NCBI GenBank assembly: GCA_964587805.1
Contig: CAZPMW010000002.1
Span: 1 to 54,425, forward strand
Reading direction: 5' to 3'
Source: an uncultured Elusimicrobiaceae bacterium
Lineage (GTDB): Bacteria; Elusimicrobiota; Elusimicrobia; Elusimicrobiales; UBA9959
Length of the DNA stretch: 54,425 nt
Part shown: piece after piece, positions 44,223 to 52,525 of the stretch
Position numbering within the stretch: position 1 is the first letter of the stretch
How the letters are laid out: each line of letters begins with the position of its first letter
Program-made: the position numbers and the translations under genes
The notes under the pieces: generated by a model
Database searches by the model: none
Seen by the model: only the letters and a program-made list of their open reading frames with translations
Told to the model about the DNA's origin: nothing

Positions 44223-45374
44223 ATGGCGAACCAGAATTTCCTCCGCCCCACCTGGGTAGATATAAAGTTGTCCGCTCTCAGGAAAAATCTCTTAAAAATA
44301 CGAGACGCCGCAGGCCGCGCGAAAGTGATGTTCGTGGTGAAAGCCAACGCTTACGGCCACGGCGCCGTGGAAACCGCCCGCTTCGCAGAGCGTGAAAATC
44401 TGGCGTGGGGCTTCGGAGTGTCTTCCGTCGAAGAAGGGCTTGCGCTGCGCGAAGCCGGAATCGTGTCGCCGGTGTTGATTTTAGGCAGCCTCTACCCCTT
44501 CGAGAGTTTCCTGGAAGCCATCAACCGCCGTCTCCTGGTGACCATCTCCAGCCTGGACGCGGCCCGCCAGGTGATAGAGGCAGCGCGCTTAGCCGGGGGA
44601 AAAGCTGTTTGCCACGTCAAGCTGGAAACCGGCATGGGGCGGATAGGCGCCAGAAAGCCGTCGGTGCTGAAGATTTTTGAAGAGCTGTCCGGCTCCGGGA
44701 CCGCTGAGGCGGCCGGCCTTTACACTCATCTGGCCTGCGCCGACAGCGACCCGGAATTCACCGCCGGGCAGCTGGGACATTTCGCTGACACGGCGGCCGG
44801 CCTGTCAAAAGCCGGCGTCGGCGGCCTGATAAGACATGCGGCGAACTCCGCCGCCCTGATGAATTATCCGGACAGCCGCTGGGATATGGTCCGGGTCGGC
44901 CTGGCCGCCTACGGCCTGATGGACGGTTTTGAGCCGGTGTTATCCTGGAAGACCAGGGTGGTGTTTATCAAGACGGTACGAGAGGGCTCTTATATCAGCT
45001 ACGGTAAATCCTTCAGGGCCGCGCGCCCAATGACGGTGGCCACCATTCCAGTCGGCTACGGGGACGGGTATGTGCGCGGACTCTCGAATAAAGCGTTCGT
45101 TCTGGTCGCCGGCCGTAAGTGTCCGGTAATAGGCAATGTCACCATGGATATGACCATGGTGGACGTTACCGACGTCAGGGGGGTCTCGGTCGGCTCCGAA
45201 GTCACGCTGATCGGCCGTGACGGCGGCTCGGAAATAAGCGCCCGCGCTCTGGCGGCTCTGGCCGGGACAATACCGTATGAAGCGGTTACGCTTATCACCT
45301 CGAGAGTGCCGCGGGTCTATCCGGCGCATGTACCAGAAACCGGCGAAAGCGCCGTGCTTATGCGGAATCCATGA
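44223..45374 (+). CDS. alr: Alanine racemase
   Basis: 383 aa. PLP-lysine motif 'VVKANAYGHG', 'HLACAD', 'PVGYGDGY'. Confidence 0.9.
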   Translation: MANQNFLRPTWVDIKLSALRKNLLKIRDAAGRAKVMFVVKANAYGHGAVETARFAERENLAWGFGVSSVEEGLALREAGIVSPVLILGSLYPFESFLEAINRRLLVTISSLDAARQVIEAARLAGGKAVCHVKLETGMGRIGARKPSVLKIFEELSGSGTAEAAGLYTHLACADSDPEFTAGQLGHFADTAAGLSKAGVGGLIRHAANSAALMNYPDSRWDMVRVGLAAYGLMDGFEPVLSWKTRVVFIKTVREGSYISYGKSFRAARPMTVATIPVGYGDGYVRGLSNKAFVLVAGRKCPVIGNVTMDMTMVDVTDVRGVSVGSEVTLIGRDGGSEISARALAALAGTIPYEAVTLITSRVPRVYPAHVPETGESAVLMRNP

Positions 45375-46162
45375 AGCATTATATTTACGATACTGTGGGG
45401 AACCGAACGCTGTCGCTGGCCCGGAAACTGGGCGCGGTGGCCCTTATGCTCAGGTCGGTCGCGGTCTGGCTGTTCAAGGCGGCGCCCGATACCCGCGAGG
45501 TTGTGAAGCAATCCGCCCACATCGGCGTTGATTCGCTTTCAGTCACTATCCTGACCAGCTTTTTTACCGGCATGGTACTGGCCCTGCAGATGGGCTACAC
45601 CTCTAAGAACTGGTTTAACGAGCCTCTTTATATAGGCACGATGGTGGCCTTCTCTCTGGTCAAGGAGCTCGCTCCGGTGCTGACCGCCATTGTGGTGGCC
45701 GGCCGTGTGGGCGCCGCCGTAACGGCCGAGATCGGCACCATGAGGGTCACGGAGCAGATAGACGCGCTGTATACTTTAGGCACTAACCCCACGCGCTACC
45801 TGCTTATTCCCCGGTATATCGCCTTCATGATCACGCTGCCGCTGCTGACCATTTTCGCCGATTTTACCGGCGTCCTTGGCGGGTTCCTGGTCAGCACCGT
45901 GAAGTTAAACGTGCCCAGTTCGGTTTACTGGAGCGATATTTTTACGTTTATGGGCGTGAAAAATTTTATGCACGGGCTGCTCAAGAGTTTCGTGTTCGCG
46001 TTCATGATCGCCACCGTCGCCTGCTACAAAGGGCTCCATTGCGAAGAGGGGGCGGAGGGCGTGGGCAAGGCCACCACGGAGGCCGTGGTCATGAGCATGG
46101 TTCTGGTGCTGGTGCTCGATTATTTTGTCAGCGCCATGCTGGTGGCGGCGGGGATAATTTAG
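45371..46162 (+). CDS. mlaE: MlaE-family ABC transporter permease (phospholipid transport)
   Basis: 263 aa. ATGA overlap with alr. 'LVKELAPVLTAIVVAGRVGAAVTAEIGTMRVTEQIDAL' is typical of the MlaE/Ttg2B family. Confidence 0.85.
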   Translation: MKHYIYDTVGNRTLSLARKLGAVALMLRSVAVWLFKAAPDTREVVKQSAHIGVDSLSVTILTSFFTGMVLALQMGYTSKNWFNEPLYIGTMVAFSLVKELAPVLTAIVVAGRVGAAVTAEIGTMRVTEQIDALYTLGTNPTRYLLIPRYIAFMITLPLLTIFADFTGVLGGFLVSTVKLNVPSSVYWSDIFTFMGVKNFMHGLLKSFVFAFMIATVACYKGLHCEEGAEGVGKATTEAVVMSMVLVLVLDYFVSAMLVAAGII

Positions 46163-46166
46163 GCCT

Positions 46167-46925
46167 ATGATAGAAGTTCAGAATGTATTCAAGACTTACT
46201 CCGGGAAAAAGGTGCTGGATAACGCCAGCACGACGATAAATGACGGAGAGATCTTCAGCGTCATCGGCCCCTCCGGCTGCGGCAAAAGCACTTTTTTAAA
46301 GTGCGTGGTCAGGCTTATCAAGCCGGAGGCCGGGAAAATACTGGTGGACGGCAGGGATGTCGTGGAGATCGACGATGAGCTTGAGCTGGCTAAAGTGCGC
46401 AAGGATTTCGGCTACCTGTTCCAGGGCGGCGCGCTTTTTGACTCGCTTACGGTAATGGAGAACGTTACCTTCGGGCTTGGATACCTGACAGATATCCCCA
46501 AGAGCGAATACGCGCGCATAGGCAGGGAAAAACTTGCGCTGGTGGGCCTTGAGAAAGCGGAAGACCTCAAGCCAGCCGAGCTGTCCGGAGGCATGAAGAA
46601 GCGGGCCGCGCTGGCCCGCGCTATAGCCGCCGAGCCTAAATACATCTTTTACGACGAGCCGACCACAGGCCTGGACCCCATAACGTCCGAACTCGTTCTG
46701 GAGCTCATCCGGGACATGGCCGCCAAGCTGAAGATAACCTCGATAATCGTTACGCACGACATTAAGCTGGCGTTTACCATATCGAACAGGATAGCCATGC
46801 TGGAAAACGGGAATTTCGAGATTTCAGGTACGCCTGAGGAATTGCGCAAATCCGCGAACCCTGTGGTAAAAGCCTTTATTGAGGAGGCGCTTTCGCCCGG
46901 CGTTCACGGGCAGCGGAAGCGCTGA
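46167..46925 (+). CDS. mlaF: MlaF-family ABC transporter ATP-binding protein
   Basis: 252 aa. Walker A 'GPSGCGKST', signature 'LSGGMKKRAALARA', Walker B 'IFYDEPTTGLDP'. Confidence 0.85.
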   Translation: MIEVQNVFKTYSGKKVLDNASTTINDGEIFSVIGPSGCGKSTFLKCVVRLIKPEAGKILVDGRDVVEIDDELELAKVRKDFGYLFQGGALFDSLTVMENVTFGLGYLTDIPKSEYARIGREKLALVGLEKAEDLKPAELSGGMKKRAALARAIAAEPKYIFYDEPTTGLDPITSELVLELIRDMAAKLKITSIIVTHDIKLAFTISNRIAMLENGNFEISGTPEELRKSANPVVKAFIEEALSPGVHGQRKR

Positions 46926-46980
46926 CAGTATTAATGCCGGTTCTAATTATTTATAATGATTGGTTGGATACGGTTGTGAT

Positions 46981-48285
46981 ATGAACGACGAGACAAAAGT
47001 CGGTATATTTGTGCTGGCCGGGATGGCGCTGCTGGGGACGGCTGTGTTCCTCCTGGGCGATTATTCTTTTCAGGCCTATTATCCGCTTTACGTGGAGTTC
47101 CGGGACGTGACGGGGCTTCCAGATAAGTCGGTGGTCAAGCTTTCCGGAGTGGCGGTGGGAAAGATAGACGATATCCGTCTCAACGGCGACCGGGTCCGCG
47201 TCCGGCTGGCCGTGCAGGACGGCGTTAAGATATACAGGGACGCTAAATTCCAGGTCGGCGCCACCAGCATGATAGGCTCCAAGTTCCTGCAGGTTGACCA
47301 GGGCCTGGCCGCCGCCGGAACGCTGGCCCCTGGCGATGTCATAACCGGCTCGGACGAGCTGCCCCTGGACAGGGCGATGGCCAAGGCCGTGGAGGATATA
47401 CAGGGTTTCGTGAAAGAACTCCGGGGCGACGGGTCCATGTCGAAGAACCTCAACGATATCCTCGCTAACCTCAAGGAAGTGACCGACGGCCTGAAGGATA
47501 TAGTGTCGGTCACCCAGCCGCACGCAGGGAATATCGCGGAACGCCTGGATAGCATTACCGGCAAGCTGGACGGCATCATGACCAAGACGGATGCCCTGCT
47601 GGTCAGGATAGGCGCGGGGGAGGGCGTGGCCGGCGCGCTTATCAGTGATAATCAGATGAAAGAGAACGTGACCTCTACCCTGAATAATTTAAAGGACGCC
47701 AGCGCTTCAGTTAAAGAGATAGTGGGCCGGGTCGGCGGGTTCAAAACTTACTGGGATATCCAGATGCGGTACGAGCCGCTGGCCCACGGCACAAAGAGCG
47801 ACATGGGCATTAAGATCTATCCCCGGGAAGGGCGCTACTATTATCTGGGCGGGTCCAATCTTATGAGCCTGAAAGACCGGGCGCGCGGCGTCAATTATGA
47901 AACCCCCAATACCATAGACGCCCGGATGGGCTGGGATATCAAAGCGTTCGAGGTCTACGCCGGAGCGCTGAGGGGCACCGGCGGCTTCGGGGTGAAGTAC
48001 CGCCCTTTCTATTACGACCCGCAATGGTCACGGCTTAAATTTCTGCTGGAAGCTTCGGAGTTTTCAAGGCGCCGCACTATCAAAGAGCGCTTCTTCGACA
48101 AGCCGCGCTACGATGCGGGCGTGGAAGTCACGGTCAACCAGTATATTTCGGCCGGCATGCGCGTAAACGATATGCAGGAAGTGAAGCGCGTGAACTATAC
48201 GGCCCGCATCATGTTCGAGGATAAGGATATCGCCTATCTCCTTGGCCTGGCGTCGCTGGGCTCGGGCGGAGTTAAAGGCAAGTAG
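46981..48285 (+). CDS. mlaD: MlaD-family MCE-domain protein, long form with helical region and a beta-strand-rich C-terminal domain
   Basis: ATG 46981 gives 'MNDETKVGIFVLAGMALLG' (TM anchor); the track TTG start at 46960 is less likely. MCE domain 'YVEFRDVTGLPDKSVVKLSGVAVGKIDDI', then about 120 aa helical, then about 180 aa of alternating-pattern strands. Confidence 0.8.
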   Translation: MNDETKVGIFVLAGMALLGTAVFLLGDYSFQAYYPLYVEFRDVTGLPDKSVVKLSGVAVGKIDDIRLNGDRVRVRLAVQDGVKIYRDAKFQVGATSMIGSKFLQVDQGLAAAGTLAPGDVITGSDELPLDRAMAKAVEDIQGFVKELRGDGSMSKNLNDILANLKEVTDGLKDIVSVTQPHAGNIAERLDSITGKLDGIMTKTDALLVRIGAGEGVAGALISDNQMKENVTSTLNNLKDASASVKEIVGRVGGFKTYWDIQMRYEPLAHGTKSDMGIKIYPREGRYYYLGGSNLMSLKDRARGVNYETPNTIDARMGWDIKAFEVYAGALRGTGGFGVKYRPFYYDPQWSRLKFLLEASEFSRRRTIKERFFDKPRYDAGVEVTVNQYISAGMRVNDMQEVKRVNYTARIMFEDKDIAYLLGLASLGSGGVKGK

Positions 48286-48292
48286 TCCGGCT

Positions 48293-49693
48293 ATGCAACT
48301 GAAGACCATCTACCGGTGCAGGGAATGCGGGCAGGCCTCCCCGAAATGGGCGGGGCAGTGCCCGGCCTGCTCACAGTGGAACACATTCGTGGAGGAAGCG
48401 GAGGAAGTGTCGTCTAAAACCGCCTCCAGGTCCAAGGCGCTTACCGAGTTCACCTCCGAGCCCGTGCGGCTTTCTGATTCCGGAAGCGCCGAGCCAAGCT
48501 ATATGTCCACCGGCATAGAGGAGTTCGACCGGGCGCTGGGCGGCGGGATCATCGAGGGCCAGGTGCTGCTGCTGGCGGGCCCTCCCGGCATAGGCAAGTC
48601 CACCATCATGCTGGAAGTATCCAGGGCCATGGCCATGGGCGCGCTGAAAGACTCGGCCATACTTTATGTTTCCGGCGAGGAATCGCTGGCCCAGGTGGGC
48701 GCCCGCGCCCGCAGGCTGGGAGCGAAGGCCGACAACATCTATCTCCTTTCGGAGAACAATCTCGCAAAAGTGATAGATGCTTTCAATAAGATCAAGCCCG
48801 GGCTGCTGGTGATAGATTCTATCCAGACCGCCTTTCACCCTGAATTCATGGGCAGTCCCGGTTCGGTGGGCCAGATCCGCGAGTGCGCGTCTGAGCTTCT
48901 GAAGATCGCGAAATCGAAAGGGGTGCCCCTGTTCCTGCTCGGGCATATCACCAAGGACGGAGACCTGGCCGGGCCCAAGGTGCTGGAGCATATAGTGGAC
49001 ACCGTTCTTTATTTTGACGCTGAAAAAAGCAATGTTTACCGGATCCTGCGGCCGCACAAGAATAGATTCGGACCGGTAAGCGAAATAGGGATCTTCGAGA
49101 TGACCGGCAAGGGCCTTGTTTCCGTAAAGGATTCCAGCGAGCTCATGGCCAACACCGACCGCGGGCGCGCGCTGGCGGGCCGTGCCTTTTCAATAGCTTT
49201 TGAAGGCTCCCGGCCTATGCTGGCCGAAATACAGGCGCTGGTGTCCCGCTCTTACTATCCCTATCCCCGCCGCACGGTTACGGGGCTGGACCTAAACCGC
49301 GCCCAGATACTGATAGCGGCGACCGAAAAGAACGCCGGCCTCCGGCTGGATACAATGGACGTTTTCGCAAGCCTGCAGGGCGGGATCAAATTGCGGGACC
49401 CCGCGCTGGATCTTGCGTTCTGCGCGGCTCTCATCAGCTCGGCTAAAGATCTGGAGATCGCGCCGGACACTATTTTCCTGGGAGAGGTGGGAATACTGGC
49501 GCAAACCTCCGCCACCTCATTTATGTCGCGCCGGCTTCTAGAGGCCGAGCGCCTGGGGTTCAGAAAGGCCTATACCCCGTGCGCGGCCCTTAAGAAGGAG
49601 CCGCTCAATTTGAAGGAGTTGGAAGTAGTGCAGGTCGCTGATATAGCCGGGCTGTATTCCGCTTTGATTAAAACTCAGGCGGCAAAAAAATAG
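48293..49693 (+). CDS. radA: DNA repair protein RadA/Sms
   Basis: Start at ATG 48293 gives the zinc finger 'YRCRECGQASPKWAGQCPACSQWNTF'. Walker A 'GPPGIGKST', 'KNRFG', Lon-like C-terminal domain. Confidence 0.9.
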   Translation: MQLKTIYRCRECGQASPKWAGQCPACSQWNTFVEEAEEVSSKTASRSKALTEFTSEPVRLSDSGSAEPSYMSTGIEEFDRALGGGIIEGQVLLLAGPPGIGKSTIMLEVSRAMAMGALKDSAILYVSGEESLAQVGARARRLGAKADNIYLLSENNLAKVIDAFNKIKPGLLVIDSIQTAFHPEFMGSPGSVGQIRECASELLKIAKSKGVPLFLLGHITKDGDLAGPKVLEHIVDTVLYFDAEKSNVYRILRPHKNRFGPVSEIGIFEMTGKGLVSVKDSSELMANTDRGRALAGRAFSIAFEGSRPMLAEIQALVSRSYYPYPRRTVTGLDLNRAQILIAATEKNAGLRLDTMDVFASLQGGIKLRDPALDLAFCAALISSAKDLEIAPDTIFLGEVGILAQTSATSFMSRRLLEAERLGFRKAYTPCAALKKEPLNLKELEVVQVADIAGLYSALIKTQAAKK

Positions 49694-49763
49694 CGTCTGG
49701 CTGCGGTTGTTTTTACCGGACTCACCTCTGGCATTAAGCGAGGGAGAGATAAAAGAAGGAGAT

Positions 49764-50765
49764 ATGAATATGACAGGATGGATCTTCAGGGCGGTGGCTA
49801 TGCTGGGAACTCCCGCGCTAGCTTATTTCACCATCTCAAAGGACACGAAGGGCCTGGCGTTGGGCCTTGTCATCGGACTTATCATCATAGGGGTGGAGTA
49901 TGTGCTTGAGAGCGTAAGCCTGTTCTCTCTGATAGTGGGCATAATCGGCGCGGTGGTCGGCATCATTGTTTCCAAGCTCCTGGACTATACCGTCTTCCAG
50001 ATCGGAGACGCGGCCTTCAACGATATATGGCTCAAATATAATGTCATCACCCGTTACGCGCTGGCGCTTCTCGGCATGATGATCAGCATAAAAAAGATCC
50101 CGGAGCTGGACGATCTGGATAAGAATATCCTTTCGATCGGAAAGCGGCAGGGCCGGAATATGAAGGTGCTGGACCTGTCCGCCATAGTGGACGGCCGCAT
50201 CTTCGACATCTGTGAAACCCACTTCGTTACCGGAGCCGTGGTCACGCCGCGGTTTATCGTGCAGGAGCTTACGCGCCTGGCCGAATCTCCGGAGCATATT
50301 CAGCGCGCCAAGGGCCGCAGAGGCCTGGACATCCTGGCCCGCCTGCAGGAATCCAAGATCGTGCCGTTCAAGGTTTTAGACCGCGATTTTAAGGATATAA
50401 AGGATAACGCCGCCAAACTGGTCAACATCACCCGCGAGCTGGGCGCGTGCATCGTTACAACTGACTTCAACATCAACAAGCTGGCCGCCCTGGAAAATGT
50501 CACGGCGCTGAATATACATGACCTCTCCATCGCTCTCAAGCCGGTGGTGCTCCCCGGCGAAGACATGCAGATCTTCATCATGAAAGACGGCAAGGAGAAG
50601 GAGCAGGGGATCGGCTACCTTGACGACGGCACGATGATCGTAGTGGAGGACGGGCGCGAATTCGTAGGCAAGAAGGTCGACGCGGTTGTGCAGTCCATCC
50701 TGCAGACCTCGCAGGGCCGCATAATTTTCGCGCGCGTAAAAAGCGTGCACGCGAATCAGGCTTAA
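49764..50765 (+). CDS. Membrane-anchored PIN plus TRAM domain protein (YacL-like)
   Basis: N-terminal TM helices, PIN core 'VLDLSAIVDGRI' and 'IVTTDFNINKLA', C-terminal TRAM 'VVQSILQTSQGRIIFARV'. GAAGGAG RBS. The start could be 49764 or 49770. Confidence 0.8.
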   Translation: MNMTGWIFRAVAMLGTPALAYFTISKDTKGLALGLVIGLIIIGVEYVLESVSLFSLIVGIIGAVVGIIVSKLLDYTVFQIGDAAFNDIWLKYNVITRYALALLGMMISIKKIPELDDLDKNILSIGKRQGRNMKVLDLSAIVDGRIFDICETHFVTGAVVTPRFIVQELTRLAESPEHIQRAKGRRGLDILARLQESKIVPFKVLDRDFKDIKDNAAKLVNITRELGACIVTTDFNINKLAALENVTALNIHDLSIALKPVVLPGEDMQIFIMKDGKEKEQGIGYLDDGTMIVVEDGREFVGKKVDAVVQSILQTSQGRIIFARVKSVHANQA

Positions 50766-50772
50766 AATAAAG

Positions 50773-50855
50773 CGTAAATCGTAAGTAGCGAGTAGTAAAT
50801 CGCGGGATAAAAAACTTCTTTATACTATTTACGATTCACGATTTACGAGTAAACG
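50773..50855 (+). repeat. Heptamer-periodic inverted-repeat element, CGTAAAT class, copy D (compact)
   Basis: 5' arm is CGTAAAT CGTAAGT AGCGAGT AGTAAAT CG. Perfect 10-bp pairing of CGTAAATCGT (50773-50782) with ACGATTTACG (50838-50847). A second stem, 50795-50800 with 50827-50832, follows a 7-nt (one-unit) bulge. Confidence 0.75.
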
Positions 50856-50860
50856 TAGCT

Positions 50861-52087
50861 ATGGCCGCCAAGATAAACAAGATCCCCGCTCATAGCGCCG
50901 CCATAATTCTGGCTGGCGGCAGCGGGAAAAGGATGGGGCGGGAGAAGCAGTATATCGAGCTGGCGGGCCGGCCCATGCTGGAGTGGTCTGCCGGAGCTTT
51001 TTCCGGGACCGGCGGGTTTGAGGAACTGGTCGTGGTGCTGGGCCGCGAAAACCTGGCCAAGCATCGCCGCGAGTGGGAAGCGCGCGGCTTTCTGGTCGCG
51101 CAGGCGGGACGCACCAGGACGGATTCCCTTAAGAACGGGTTCAAGAAGCTTTCCGGAGGGATCAGGCTGGTGGCTGTGCACGACGGCGCCAGGCCGCTGG
51201 TCAGCGCCGGGCTGGTGGCCGAAACTCTCGCGAGCGCCATGAAGCACGGGGCAGCCGTGCCCGGAGTTCCTCTTAAGGATACCGTCAAGCGCATTTCCCC
51301 TGACGGGGAATTTTTTGAAAGCACCCTGGAGCGGTCACGCCTGATGGCGGTGCAGACGCCGCAGTGCTATCGCAGGGAAACGCTGGCCCGCGCGCTTAAG
51401 GCGGCAGGCCGCGCCGATTACAGCGACGAATCGCAGATATTGGAGAAGCTCGGGATAAGGCCGGCCGTAGTGCGATCCGGCCACCGCAACATCAAAGTCA
51501 CCACTCCTGAAGATCTTATCATCGCAGAGGCATTTATGAAAGAAATAAAGTCCGGTAAAACATCCGCCGCGGGCGCGAAAAATATTTTGAAAGCCGGCGG
51601 CCGGCCGACGGCCAGGATGCGCTTCGGCTTCGGCTACGATATCCACCGGCTGGTAGAGGGCCGCGCGCTGATACTGGGCGGGGTTAAAATAGACCACCCG
51701 AAAGGCCTGCTCGGCCATTCGGACGGCGATGTGGTGCTGCACGCTATCTGTGACGCCCTTCTTGGTTCCGTGGCCGCGGGCGAGATAGGCGTGTATTTCC
51801 CGCCCACCGACCTTACTATCATGGGCCTCTCAAGCTCCCTCATCGCAGAAAAGGTTCTGGAGATCCTGAAGCAGAAAAAGGCCGAAATAGTGAATGTGGA
51901 CGCCACTATCGTGGCGGAAGAGCCGAAGCTGAAGTCCCATTACGAAAATATCCGCAGGTCCGTGGCCAGAATCCTGAAGCTTGACCTTGACAATGTTAGC
52001 GTGAAGGCTAAAAGCCGGGAAGGTCTGGGCGAAGTGGGCCACGGCGAAGCCATAGTCTGCTACGCCGTTGCCGGCGTCCTGAAATGA
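50861..52087 (+). CDS. ispDF: Bifunctional IspD/IspF (MEP cytidylyltransferase / MEcPP synthase)
   Basis: 408 aa. IspD motifs 'AIILAGGSGKRMG' and 'VHDGARPL'. IspF motifs 'GFGYDIHRL' and 'GHSDGDVVLHAICDA'. Confidence 0.9.
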   Translation: MAAKINKIPAHSAAIILAGGSGKRMGREKQYIELAGRPMLEWSAGAFSGTGGFEELVVVLGRENLAKHRREWEARGFLVAQAGRTRTDSLKNGFKKLSGGIRLVAVHDGARPLVSAGLVAETLASAMKHGAAVPGVPLKDTVKRISPDGEFFESTLERSRLMAVQTPQCYRRETLARALKAAGRADYSDESQILEKLGIRPAVVRSGHRNIKVTTPEDLIIAEAFMKEIKSGKTSAAGAKNILKAGGRPTARMRFGFGYDIHRLVEGRALILGGVKIDHPKGLLGHSDGDVVLHAICDALLGSVAAGEIGVYFPPTDLTIMGLSSSLIAEKVLEILKQKKAEIVNVDATIVAEEPKLKSHYENIRRSVARILKLDLDNVSVKAKSREGLGEVGHGEAIVCYAVAGVLK

Positions 52088-52503
52088 CATTTCCGACCCG
52101 CTCCTTTAATAGCCGCATCCCGCTCTTCTGCGCCGCGCTGGCGGCGGCCTGTCTCTGTGGCTGCTATAGTCTCAGGGATCAGTCACCGCCGGTGACGCCC
52201 CAGCAGGCGGTCTCGCAGTCCGCCCGGAGCTACGCGCTGGGCAGGGAACCGGACCAGGAGCGCGAACAGGCTTTCCAGGATCTGCTTGCTGCGGCGCATA
52301 CGGCGGCGCTGGACAAACGCGGCGCCGCCCCGGAAACCGGCTTGTCCTACTCACTGTCTCCGAAAGGGGCGGTCTATCCTTTTTCGAAAGTGGAGGTGGC
52401 CTGCCTGGTGCAGAGGGCGGACGCCTCGCAGGGCAAGGCCCTTTGCAGGGAATTTTTCAAGGCCGTGGACGCCGGCTTTGAAAAGGTGATCCTGCCCAGG
52501 TAA
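52084..52503 (+). CDS. Hypothetical lipoprotein
   Basis: ATGA overlap with ispDF. Signal peptide with lipobox-like 'AACLCGC'. 139 aa, no recognisable domain. Confidence 0.5.
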   Translation: MTFPTRSFNSRIPLFCAALAAACLCGCYSLRDQSPPVTPQQAVSQSARSYALGREPDQEREQAFQDLLAAAHTAALDKRGAAPETGLSYSLSPKGAVYPFSKVEVACLVQRADASQGKALCREFFKAVDAGFEKVILPR

Positions 52504-52525
52504 GGTCAGGATCGAGGACGCCAGC

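Noticed and set aside
44207-44395. 62-aa ORF overlapping the alr start, and the 91-aa ORF at 44405-44680.
   Set aside because: These are alternate frames of alr with Arg/Pro-rich translations. The alr frame has the PLP-lysine motif and full-length similarity.
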